From the NCBI RefSeq assembly GCF_000143415.4, contig NW_003314381.1, positions 226,699-290,698 on the forward strand: a DNA stretch of 64,000 bases, read 5' to 3'. The notes beneath the pieces are model-generated. The model was given only the letters and a program-made list of their open reading frames with translations, was not told where the DNA came from and did no database searches. The position numbers were made by a program, and so were the translations under genes. The DNA comes from Selaginella moellendorffii (taxonomy: Eukaryota > Plantae > Lycopodiophyta). Shown one piece after another: positions 12,944 to 28,092 of this stretch (within the stretch, counting starts at the first letter, position 1; each line of letters starts with the position of its first letter).

Positions 12944-14060
12944 ATCCGTCTGATTCTGGCTAGGTACGATAGTGATGATGGAGGTGGTCAACAATATATA
13001 TTGACTTTACACCATTCTCCCCTCTAAAAAATGAAAAGGTGATAGCAATAAGTTTGATAGAACATTTGAAACTTCTGTTGGGCGATTATAAATTATCATA
13101 AGAATTTGAAGTTCCCATGGAACGACTAATATAATTATTAACAACCATGACAAGAACCAAACTATATCAACCATGACAACCATGACAAGAATTGATATAT
13201 ATCATTCATAGCTTTACAATCATATTCTATATCTATGAAAGATGGCATAACACTAGAAGCAAAAAATACCATATAATTATATCCCATAGAAGTTGAAAAT
13301 GGCAACACACCAAAGATTTGTGTAACATCATGCCCTATAGTGCCAAAATCTCAATCTAAAAAAGTTGCATTAACAACCTTAAGTGATATATTTCTTGATT
13401 GATGATGGCATAACATGGAGGAATAAAGGAATGCAATGAAGATCAAAAGCAAATCTAAACATAGCAATAGCTAGAATTCTAGATCTGATAAAAAATTAAT
13501 ACATATATAAATCTAAAAGAGAATTAACGAATAAAAACAAAAACAAGATCTGAACACTATAAATGGATAAAGTGTAGTGCCTTTTATCTTCACTAGTGTG
13601 AATAAATATATTAATTAAGGTTTAAATCCCTACTTATATACAAGAATGGATGAATCAAATTCAATTTTAAATAAATAGTTTATATATTTAATTAATATAT
13701 TATTTAATACATATATACATGAAATGTGTATGCCTTTTTTTTTTTATGATGGCTAAACTTCTATTTCATCTTTAAACACTTATTTAGGCCTGGATTCCTA
13801 CTCTACTGTTGATACTTGCAAACAACTGGAGCCAAACACAAAAGAGAGGTTGAGATTTGAGAGAAAGGGCTGCAGGTAAAGCCAAAAACCATTGCTGGAG
13901 TTGATGGTGGTCTAACTGTGCTCTGGCTCCACTCTGCTGAATGAGAAAAGTACCGCTGTCATCCTGTAAACTGAATCTGAATAACCGTTGAATCTGATAC
14001 TTTCGGCAGATGAGAGGCTGAAGATTATCCACTTTAGTGTGAAGAGACAAGTTGAGTGTG

Positions 14061-15792
14061 TTATCTGTGATCAAGGGATGCCCAGCCCTGCCAGCACGTA
14101 ATTAGTGAGAGCAAAGACAAAAGAAAACCGTTTGAGATGCGCAAGCAAAGGCTCGTAGAGGTGACCACTGCTTTTTGCCACCAGGCAGGTACTTTTGCCT
14201 GAGTTCGAGAACTCGTCCTCGCTCCCGCTCTCCGCAGCCTTGCTCCACGGCAGCAAATTCTCGTTGAGAATTTCCAGGCAGCAAAAGAGCAAGTCTTTCC
14301 ACTCCCCCACATCCTTGAGTCCTTGACAAGCATCGCTGGCCTGTTTTGCAAGCCTTGAGCCTCCACCATCACCGGAAAAGAACCTGCCTCTCCGAATTGA
14401 GCTCTGAAAAACATATCCCGTTCCGTCTGAAACCATCTCTCCCACATCCAAATGTCTGGAGCGCCTCCGCCCGGCGTTGCACGTCTGGCCCAACCTTCAG
14501 CCACCAGTCCTGGCCTCCCCATGAAACTCTGAAAGCCAGACTAGTCTCTGTGTGTAGTGCAGTTCCTGTCACGGCAACCGTCATCTTCTCATCCATTCTG
14601 CTTTGCACTGGAATTTCTAAAAACTGTCAGCCTATAGAGTAGCCGCTGCTGGCTTTCAGCTCGAGATTGTGACGAGAAAAAGGATCCCTGGAAACGCTGC
14701 CCGNNNNNNNNNNNNNNNNNNNNNNNNNNNNNNNNNNNNNNNNNNNNNNNNNNNNNNNNNNNNNNNNNNNNNNNNNNNNNNNNNNNNNNNNNNNNNNNNN
14801 NNNTGATGGTAAAAAGATCGCCAGGCCGTCCGCCAACGGAAGCAAAGGTCCGTCTACTGTCTGAGGTCTCCTGTCGTACTCGTGTGCTTGATACACACAC
14901 TGCAACCTGAGTCCAGCGTCCCCAGTCCCAACGAAACCGTACATCTCGCTCCTTCCCTCAACTCCGTGATACTTGCTTCGGTCCAGAAACAGGAAATTGC
15001 CTGTGACTACCAACTGCCCTCGAGCCTCTTCTACTTTCAAGAGAGATCGTGAGTTCTCAGTCTTCTGCTCCACGGCGTTCGATCTGGAATCCATCCGGGA
15101 TTCTGTAATACTGACCAAGCGCAATGCTGTTTCGCCTGACAGCGAATTGACCACTCTGATTTGTATGGGCACATTCCGTGCGCGTGCAATTGCCTTGGTG
15201 TAGCTGAGGAGAAAGCGGACCTGTCGCGCGTATGAGTCCTTCTTCAGGTCGTCATCCATCTCGTTGGTTACTCGCTGCATGCACCAATAAATCTCTTACA
15301 AAAGCTTCCTTGTTCTCGGCAAAGAGACGAGAGAAAGGAAGATCAGGAAAGCCCATGTGGTCGAATTCCTCGCTGCGTTCCAGCTGCTTCCTCTCCACCC
15401 TTGTTGAGTTTACCCGGCCGAGGCTAGACTTGTCGTCTATAGGGGGCAAGAGATTCGACAGATCCCAATTGCATGGAGACCATTTGCAACTCCAACTCCA
15501 ACTTCTGGTTCTTGACTGCGACTCTCCTGGCGTTGTACTGGATGAACCGTTTGTCTAAATCCTCCAGGAACTTTGGAATACCTGGATCATCTAGTATATA
15601 GACGTACCACCTGAAGAAATCCAGCAGCTTCTCTGTATCACCACCAGTGATTGTGACAGCTTCTTCAGCCTGTTCCACATCCCCTACGTTCTGCTTGATC
15701 TGGCGCTTCTCTGTCGGAGAGAAAATATGTAGCCCATCCACTACAGCCTTCCAACTTTTATTGTATAAACCTAAGGTGGAAGATAAGAACAT
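14061..15792 (-). pseudogene. Frameshifted GC-rich coding remnant of unknown family
   Basis: A chain of overlapping minus-strand ORFs (15424-15792, 15252-15449, 14627-15280, 14369-14608, 14071-14493) forms a GC-rich island inside AT-rich DNA. No family recognised with confidence. Confidence 0.45.
14704..14803. other. Assembly gap (100 N)
   Basis: N-run. Confidence 0.99.
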
Positions 15793-17509
15793 TACTTCTG
15801 GAGGTGGTATACATCTCTATAGTACATGCAAAGGTGGTTTCTGATTTGATGTTGTCATTTAATATTAAATTAGGCTCCAATCAATATTCATACATCTCAC
15901 CAAAAAAAAAAAAATCAATGATTGTGATGAAAGATATTGGATTTGTATAACAATTTAGATTAACAAGAAAATGAGTTTAAAAATTCAATTTACTATTGAA
16001 GATTCAGGGGGAGGGGTTCCAAATATATAATAGGGGGGGTTTAGCTCCTTGCTAGTTATTTTTGTCATTGTTCTTTATCTAGTTTGGGTTTAAACTTCCA
16101 TGTTATCTTGTGAAGTACTCATGTGCTTTTATTAAGCCACCAATATACTAAAATAGCACTAAATTTTATTTAACTCTATTTCACATATTACTTTTGGCAT
16201 TAAGATACTGAATGCTCTTTGATATTGCTTCATGCTTCTACTCTTTCAATATTTGGTTGTGAGTTGTTCTATGTTTTGATTCTTTCATTTCTTAACTGTA
16301 TGTTCAGGAGTTTAGATTTATCCCTTCTTTTAGTGGATCAAGGCCCTACTCCACTCCATAGTTATCATATAGTAAATTACCATGGGTAAAAGGTGAAAAT
16401 CATATGCATTATATCTATTTCCATTATTGAGAAGATCAAGAGGTTATTGCATATAAATGATTTGATGATACCACATGACCACCAATGCAATTTCATTCTG
16501 GGTTTATAAATCTTAAAGAAAAGAAGAAATTAGGTTAGCAACTAAAGAATCAATGAAAGAATAAGTGTTTTGAATTATCTCTATATTTATAACCTGATGT
16601 ATGGTGGTTAATTGTTGAAATGTCAAAATGTACTTTTAGGTTTATAGTGAATTTTAATATTCCCATTTTTATTTAAGCTCAAAACAGCTCCTTTTAACCA
16701 AAACATTGTGGCAATAGAAAATAGTAATTATATGGGTTTGGATAAATTTCTAATTCAAAAAACTATTCAATAAATATTTTATTGTATGGCTTGCACTAGA
16801 AATTAGAAGTTTTCTCTATGAATAGATTCAAAAAATATAAATTTCTCCAACACTTTAATTCATAAATTTTAAGTTTGTCAAATAATAATGTTTTTGTGAC
16901 ATGACATTTCCTTGTAAATTTATGGTTGACTATGTTGATTTGCATTAATTTGAGCTAAGTTGAGCTCACGAGTTGAGATCAACTCAAGTTTGGACCATCC
17001 CCCTATATCATGTTTATGGAGTTGGCCATACATGTGATTGGGATTAAAGATTTTAAATATTGTGTCATCTAAATTTTATTATTATCTACAATTGTTTGAA
17101 CTCCTCCATGAAAAATGTTTTCCTCAAAACAATATAGATATAATTGTAAATTGGTCATCCTAATACTATTTAAATTTAAAAACATTTAACTTCCACTATC
17201 TTAAATCCTCTAATTGATTGGAAAAACAAAATGGGCTTTATATATTTGAATCTCATAAATTATTCTGAATCTATTTCTTTCTTTTATTTATTGTAGCACA
17301 TGTGATTATAGGATGAGATTTGAATATACTGTCACCATAGTTCTTGGAACTTTAGGGGATAAATGGGTATAAAATAGCCATTAAGAGCTCTCTCATCAAA
17401 TAATACATTTATAATAATATGACAAAATAAAACTATCTTTATGTATCATATTTATATATGTTATATCTGAAGAACATCATTTTGCATAGTAGCCACATTT
17501 ACTATACAT

Positions 17510-18477
17510 TTGGTTGATCGGCAAGCAAGAATCCAAAGAATGGACATATATAAAATCGTAGCTACCCCAGTTTTCTATATGGCATATTATAAAATGATTT
17601 TTTTTCTTGTATTAATATTTTTTATTGGAAAGCATCTATCAGTAAGAGTTGAAAGAAGTAACTTTAAAATTTTCCCTTTGCATTATAGACATACTATTTT
17701 ACAAGCACTACTTATAGCAATTGATAATCTTGATATAATGAATCCTCATGCTAAATTATATGCTGGAAAGTCACTTGAATATACATATAATGGAATTCAA
17801 GTTTTAATAACTTTTTTATTTAAAGAAAAACCCCCACCTTATTATGATGATCTTTGCCTTGTTTTTCCTGAGCATGCAGTTTATTATTATAGTGGGGCAG
17901 TAAAACAAATTCTTGAAAATTTATTATTACAGTATGTTAGTAATGATCTTGAGATAATAAATTATGTTGTCAATGAATATATTACACAAACTATTAGTTT
18001 AGTCTTTAAAAATAGTAATGATGAGAAATTTTACTCTTTAATTAATAATATTACATATCATGCTAAAAGTATTAATATCAAACTCTCTAATGATATGGAT
18101 TGTATATGGAGACATTCATGTATTAGAAGTATTCATGATTCTTCATACTTCTCTAACATACAAAGTGGAGAGTTTTTAGAATCAAGTAATCATCAATTCA
18201 TATTATTATTGCACTTGAATTGCAACCTTGTGCTTTACAAAGGCAATATTATATTTTGGCAAATAAGTATAGAAGGTATGGGTTGTTATTTAAGAATTCA
18301 AACTGATGGCAATGTTGTGATATATGATCAAAATCATGAAGTTAAATGGACATATAATATATATTGGAAAGATAAATTTAAAGCAATGGCTTTATGTGTA
18401 GAAAATACTGGCCATGTTGTAGTATATGACACTATTGAAGAAACTTGTATTTTTTATGAACCTAAGAATCTAGCTTA

Positions 18478-18478
<1 letters not shown>
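17510..18478 (+). CDS. Putative secreted protein: unknown N-terminal domain + C-terminal bulb-type (GNA-like) mannose-binding lectin
   Basis: Intact 322-codon intronless ORF in very AT-rich DNA. Hydrophobic signal-like segment MIFFLVLIFFIG; lectin motifs IQSGEFLESSN, CNLVLY..W, CYLRIQTDGNVVIYD..W, ENTGHVVVYD. True start is probably ATG 17540 or 17579. Confidence 0.8.

Positions 18479-18484
<6 letters not shown>

Positions 18485-18559
<75 letters not shown>
18485..18559. repeat. (TA)n microsatellite
   Basis: Directly visible, immediately after the lectin-ORF stop. Confidence 0.97.
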
Positions 18560-18562
<3 letters not shown>

Positions 18563-18659
18563 TATTCAGTTATATAAATAAATATCTATTACTAATTCAG
18601 ACACACACATAGTTCCCAATACAGTTTTGTCTTTTTGCCTGGTAGTTTGATAGAAAAAT

Positions 18660-19065
18660 CTACAATATATTTATTATGAGATCATTGAATTTGGCACCAG
18701 TAATCTCTGCCACTCTGCCACAATCTTTTTGTGCTTGAGTATCTTGAACGTGGGCACAACTCATATGCCGAGCTTTTTGGCAAGCAGCTAGACAAAGAAA
18801 AAAACAAAAAAAACAAAAAAAGATAAACAAAGAGTCAAAATTCCATTCCACACATAAAGAAATGAGAAAACTTGCCTTGTTCTCCTGGTTGCAATCCAGC
18901 TTGAGAAACATCACGTCCGAGTATCTGGAAGAGAGCTCCACGATCTTTGGAAATATCATTTTGCAAGGGCCACACCTACCGAGCGAAAAAAAGGGTGTTT
19001 TTCTATGTCAAGCTTTCAGAAAAAAAAAAGCGAGAAGTTTACCATTGGGTGTACATGTTGAGCAC
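18660..19065 (-). pseudogene. Thioredoxin f fragment (3 exons, introns retained)
   Basis: MYTQW|CGPCKMIFPKIVELSSRYSDVMFLKLDCNQENK|LLAKKLGI*VVPTFKILK: WCGPC site split by an intron, premature stop, no N-terminus. Confidence 0.85.
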
Positions 19066-19861
19066 ATAAGCTGCTTGGCTGGCAAGTTTTTTTTATCTAC
19101 ATATTATCATTAAGCTCTTGCTAGAACATCTAAATCCATGCAGTTGTTCTTATGTATATAGCAAAGTAGAGGAAATACCTTTCAAACTACAGAACACTTC
19201 ATTGAACTTTGCCCTAATATCCTAGCCCTGTAAGATGAGATGCTAAGTTAAGCCAAGGGTTGAAAAGCAAAAGTATACACATATTTCTTGGGCTCGAGAC
19301 TCTTTCTCCCTCCTTGAAGTGCTGATACAAAGCTTAAAAACCTATGTCATAGCAGCTCCTCTCAAGCAGAAAACACGGTGTGGTTACTCATGGATTTAGC
19401 CAAATGTGAGGCAATTGGGAAAAGCAAGCACAATAGTAGCACACCCTAGCTCGCTTAAGACTGGACATTATTTTGGCTGGAGCTGGCAATCTTACTGTCG
19501 CACTACCAAGCAATAGCCAGTAGTTCAAACATTGATCTTAAGTTTTTATGGAGATTAACAATCACCAGCTTTGTATAGCACTCTCTTCATAGAACTACTA
19601 TGGAGCATTAATGGATCCCAATGCCTAAATCAAGAGCCCTAACCTTCGCTCCACGCCACAAATGGTAGCTCATTACATGTCAATTGAAATTGAGGGAATG
19701 AGCACCAACTATATGCAATAAGATTAATCTTTTTTAATTATAAACATGTTTATAATTATTGATCAAGGATTAATAAATAGCACTAAACACAAGTAATAAC
19801 ACTACTATTAAGCAAGTGTTGCTGCATGCAAACAGCAAATTATTTTTTGTTTGCTTGAGAC

Positions 19862-19975
19862 TGTGTTTGAGAAATTAAATGAAATAATATCCTCAAATAT
19901 ACTTGGATATTCATGAATAATCATGAATATCCAAGTATATTTGAGGATATTATTTCATTTAATTTCTCAAACACA
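19862..19975. repeat. Perfect 55-bp inverted repeat with 4-nt loop
   Basis: 19862-19916 is the exact reverse complement of 19921-19975; loop ATAA. Confidence 0.97.
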
Positions 19976-20794
19976 ACTTTAACTTTCTTCTATGCTTCCA
20001 CACCTTAACAAGCTCACAACTTTCCATAGCAAAAGTTTTATATTTTAAGAGTGGATTGTTTTCCATTTTCTCAAAACATCTCTGATATTATCTTTTTTGG
20101 TTTTACATACACATGTGACATATCTCATTTGCCTATTAAAAACTCCTCAAACTCTTACACTTTACATTCATAAACCAGTAGAAAGCTTGCCACAAAAACA
20201 TATTTACCATTGGTGTTGGCTGCTGCTTGGGAATATAGATTTCACCCTCACTCCAAGGCTTATGCATAAGCTTTCTTCTCAGAGCAAGATCAACCACGAA
20301 ATTTTGGTATTTTCTCTCATTCCAGTGAAAGCTCCCAAATTGATTTATGTTATGCTATTGATTCTCTTCTAGCATACTATTTCTCATGTGCAACACTTGG
20401 TCAATACAATTGTAGTATTTATTACTTTGATGATAGATTTTGCCTTTGGGCTAAGTGTAATTTTAATTAAGTGATACTTAATTTTTATAATAAACTTAAA
20501 GCAAACCAAGCATTGGTTTGCTAGTATATCAAGTACAATCAATTTAACAATTTTCTTGAACTGCCACAGCAGGATTTAGATTACAGATATGGAAGGACTC
20601 GATCCAAAACGGTCTCCGGCAGGTAGCCAAGAACAACATCATCTTAAAACTCTAGGAATCTCTGAGCATAAGTTCTCTAGGCCAGGAAATCCCGGACTCG
20701 TGATGCCGCCATTCTCACCTTACACCACCAGCACACAGCTTTACTCTCGCAAAGTATGAGAACTAAGCTTTGCAAAGGAAGAAGAGAAGTTGTG

Positions 20795-21165
20795 CCGTGG
20801 AGGACGTCCCAGAGGCTTCTATTGTCCATGAAGATGTAGAAGAGGAGGTTCCCAGCCGAGGATCGTGAGTATCCATACAAGCTCACCAAGTTTCAGTGCT
20901 TGATGTGGCCTAGAGTCGCGAGCTCCGTCTCAAATTCGCGGACGTTCTGTAGATAGTGATTGCCGCTTGATCGCAGCTTTCTTGCCATTCTTGCATTTGT
21001 AGACGGAGCTAGAGGCACTGCGGCTGACGAGAAACCTTTCGTGGAGGTTGTCTGTGATGTGCATGATATAATCGTAAGTGTGGCAAGACATGTCACACCA
21101 AAGGTGGAGTGGTTGACAAAAACGATTACTGTTCTGGACGTACGCTCACCATTGTTGTTCTGGTA
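20795..21165 (-). pseudogene. ERECTA-family LRR receptor kinase fragment (juxtamembrane to kinase subdomain V)
   Basis: DMTCHTY..IMHITDNLHERF...ASSSVYKC...QNVREFETELATLGHIKH*NLVSLYGYS.SSAGNLLFY.FMDN.SLWDVLHG, with a stop and frameshifts. Confidence 0.85.
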
Positions 21166-21283
21166 TCAAAAAATTAAATCAGTAACCATTGTTTTCTTTA
21201 AATGTTATCCTTAGGTATTAACGTGAACACAGGATAAAATATACACTCGTAAAGGGAGATGGGAATCACAATCCGTGAAGAGA

Positions 21284-23314
<2,031 letters not shown>

Positions 23315-24051
23315 CTAGGGATTGAATGCGCGCCTTCTCTCTTTGCTCGCGGTCGGTACAATCAAAGAAGAAGAACCACACACACACAAGAAGCCAAACC
23401 TAGTTTAGAAGATAACAATCACTCTCTCCCTCTCTCTTTATCTCCTCTCCACCGCGCGAACAAACAAAGCTCTTTAAATCCTCTCTCTTTCTCTCCTCCT
23501 TTTCTCCTATCTATCTACCTATGTACCGTTATACCTCTCGTTTTTTCTAAAATAGACCCGACCACCATAGCCAAGCACGGCAACGAACTTAGCAAGCTCT
23601 CTCTGACGAGTCAAGCGCTTCCACATGCAACGTATTTAAAACTCCCACGAAAGCACGGCAAAGTCCACGAAGAAAAAATCCATACAAAGCACGAGCTTTG
23701 AGATATATAATAGGGTGGAATTTAAAGTATTGCCAGTTTTCAATCAGGCACATTTGCTCGCGTCGTCTCCTAATAAACACGCGTATCCGTCGTAAGAGAC
23801 CAAAGCGATCAAATTTTGGTGCTAAGAAATCGCTTGCCTGGATCAAATCCCCGATCCCGATAAGAGCATCGTATTAACTTCATATAATGTGCGTGTGTCC
23901 AGCCTCCATCCGACACGCAAAACTTCACGCCAGAGGATATTAAAAATCTCGCCTTTGGAAGATTCCAGGTGCGTTTCCTGTGCGTGTGTTTGTCAAACAC
24001 ATTCGCATGAGCTACCAGAAAAGGAGGAAGAAAAAGCTCACCCTTGGAAGA

Positions 24052-26021
<1,970 letters not shown>

Positions 26022-26108
26022 TGCGCGTCAAAAGCTCTCGAGCTGACTAGTAGCTCAAGAAAAACCCTTTTAAGTTTTGTCAATCGCGGTTTTTGCCATG
26101 GTATCCGG

Positions 26109-27836
26109 ATGATCAAATCTACTGGATCTGGATCCGGGAGCTTTGCCACTGCTTCTGCCCGATCAGACAAGGAGCTCATCTTCGCCAGCAACAATGAGAT
26201 CGCGAGGCTCGCGCGCGCTGGCGAGCTCGCTCAGTGCAAAAGGGCCTTCGATGCAATGCCACAGCGCGACATCGTCTCCTGGAACGCGATCCTGGCGGTC
26301 TACGTCCGGCGAGGGGATTTGAAGCGCTCAGAAGAGATTTTCAATCGGATGCCCGAATGGGATGTTCTCACCTGGAACACGATGCTCGCAGCATTTGCCC
26401 ACAGCGGGCAATTGCTGCGAGCCAAAGAACTGTTCGATCGAATGCCAGAAAAAACCATCGCAACCTGGAACACTATGGTCTCTGCGCACTCACATGCCGG
26501 GAATTTTTCTTCCGCGATGGAGCTCTTCCACGGAATGCCGGAGAGAAACACTGTTTCTTGGACGAGCATACTAACCCTATATGCCCATAATGGGCATTTG
26601 CTTTTGGCAAAGAAGGTGTTTACCCTAATGCCAGAAAAATCACTAGTGTCCTGGACGGCTATGGTGTCTACTTTCGTTTCAAACGCGTGTATTGAGCAAG
26701 CAAAGAGAACGTTTGATTTGATGCCACGGTGGAATGTAATCTCTTGGAACACTCTTCTCGCGGGATTTGCCCAAGAAGGGCAAATTGATCAAGCAAAGCG
26801 GCTCTTTGACCTAATGCCGGAGCACGATCTCGTGTCCTACACCAGCTTGATTGGCGCGTACAGCCAAATCGGCGATCTGCCAAGAGCGAAGCTATGGTTT
26901 GATCGAATGCCACAGAGGGATCTTGTGGCGATGAATGCGCTGCTCGCGCTCTACTCCCAGCTCGGCCGCCTGGGCGAGGCGCAGCGATTCTTCCACGCGA
27001 TGCCGGAGCGCGACATCTCTTCTTGGAATTCGATCTTGCTCGTCTACTCCCAGGCCGGCGCCATCGATCAGGCGGAGGCGCTGTATCGATCGATGCCCGC
27101 TCGAAATATCGCGACGTCCTTGTTGATGATCGCGGCCTATGCGCAAGTCGGGAGGCTGGATCGAGCGGAGGAGACCTTCGATCGAATGCCGATGCGCGAC
27201 GCCCAGGCTTGGAACTCCATGCTGGCGGCGTTTGTCCACAGCGGCGATCTGGACAGGGCCAAGGCGATTTTCGAGGCAATGCCAGAGAAATCCACCTCCG
27301 CCTACACGACGATGATCTCGGCCCTTGCCGCAAGCAAGCAGCTAGAACAGGCCACGGCGATCTTCGACGAAATCCCCGCCCGGGACACCATCGCCTGGAA
27401 TTCGATTCTCTCGGCCTACGCCTGGAACGGCCACATCGATCACGCCAAGCGCTGCTTCGACCGGATCCCAGCACAGGACACCGCCTCCTGGAACGCGATG
27501 ATCACGGCCTGCGGCCATTCCTCGCGCGGCGACGAGGCCATCGCGAATTTCCATCACATGGAGCTCCACGGCGTGATCCCGGACGAGACGACGATGATGA
27601 ACGTCCTGGCGGCTTGCAATCACGTCGGCCTGGTGGAGAAGGCGCTCTCCCTGTTCGTCCTCATGAGGGACGAGCATGGAATCCGTCCAGGGCGCGAGCA
27701 ATTCGCGTCGATGATCGACATCCTCGCGCGATCCGGCCAAGAAGAGCCAGCTCGCGAGATTTCCAAGCGCACGCCACCATTCGCGCCCGAGGTCACAGAG
27801 AGGAGCGCCCTCTTGAAAGCTCTGGCGACGCCATAG
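26109..27836 (+). CDS. PLS-class PPR protein dominated by 31-aa S motifs, truncated E region, no DYW
   Basis: About 14 tandem repeats of A..xFDxMPx(R/K)DxxSWNxxxxxY, then P2-L2-S2 (GVIPDETTMMNVLAACNHVGL...EHGIRPGREQFASMIDILARSG). The ORF-track start at 25722 overlaps ADH-B antisense and is unlikely. Confidence 0.92.
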   Translation: MIKSTGSGSGSFATASARSDKELIFASNNEIARLARAGELAQCKRAFDAMPQRDIVSWNAILAVYVRRGDLKRSEEIFNRMPEWDVLTWNTMLAAFAHSGQLLRAKELFDRMPEKTIATWNTMVSAHSHAGNFSSAMELFHGMPERNTVSWTSILTLYAHNGHLLLAKKVFTLMPEKSLVSWTAMVSTFVSNACIEQAKRTFDLMPRWNVISWNTLLAGFAQEGQIDQAKRLFDLMPEHDLVSYTSLIGAYSQIGDLPRAKLWFDRMPQRDLVAMNALLALYSQLGRLGEAQRFFHAMPERDISSWNSILLVYSQAGAIDQAEALYRSMPARNIATSLLMIAAYAQVGRLDRAEETFDRMPMRDAQAWNSMLAAFVHSGDLDRAKAIFEAMPEKSTSAYTTMISALAASKQLEQATAIFDEIPARDTIAWNSILSAYAWNGHIDHAKRCFDRIPAQDTASWNAMITACGHSSRGDEAIANFHHMELHGVIPDETTMMNVLAACNHVGLVEKALSLFVLMRDEHGIRPGREQFASMIDILARSGQEEPAREISKRTPPFAPEVTERSALLKALATP

Positions 27837-28092
27837 CCAGGAAGAACAGGTATATTCCAGATTCGGGAATCTTGATTTTGGGCCCTTACATGTAACCCTA
27901 GTTATTTTATTGGTGGAGGCAGGACAACGCAACACCGCATTGGTTCTTCGCGGAGGTGGAGGAGGCACAGCGCAAAACCCCCAGAGCTCTTCCAGGTAAG
28001 TCCTTCGATCTCAATGCGCCATGCAAGAGCATTGAATTCCTGGCAGAGATTTTAATTCGTGGGCCTTACTCTTTCTCTCCTGTGGGTTTTAG

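Noticed and set aside
17510-18478. Ribosome-inactivating protein or S-locus receptor identity for the lectin ORF
   Set aside because: No EAARF-type RIP motif and no EGF/PAN/kinase domains; the lectin is C-terminal.
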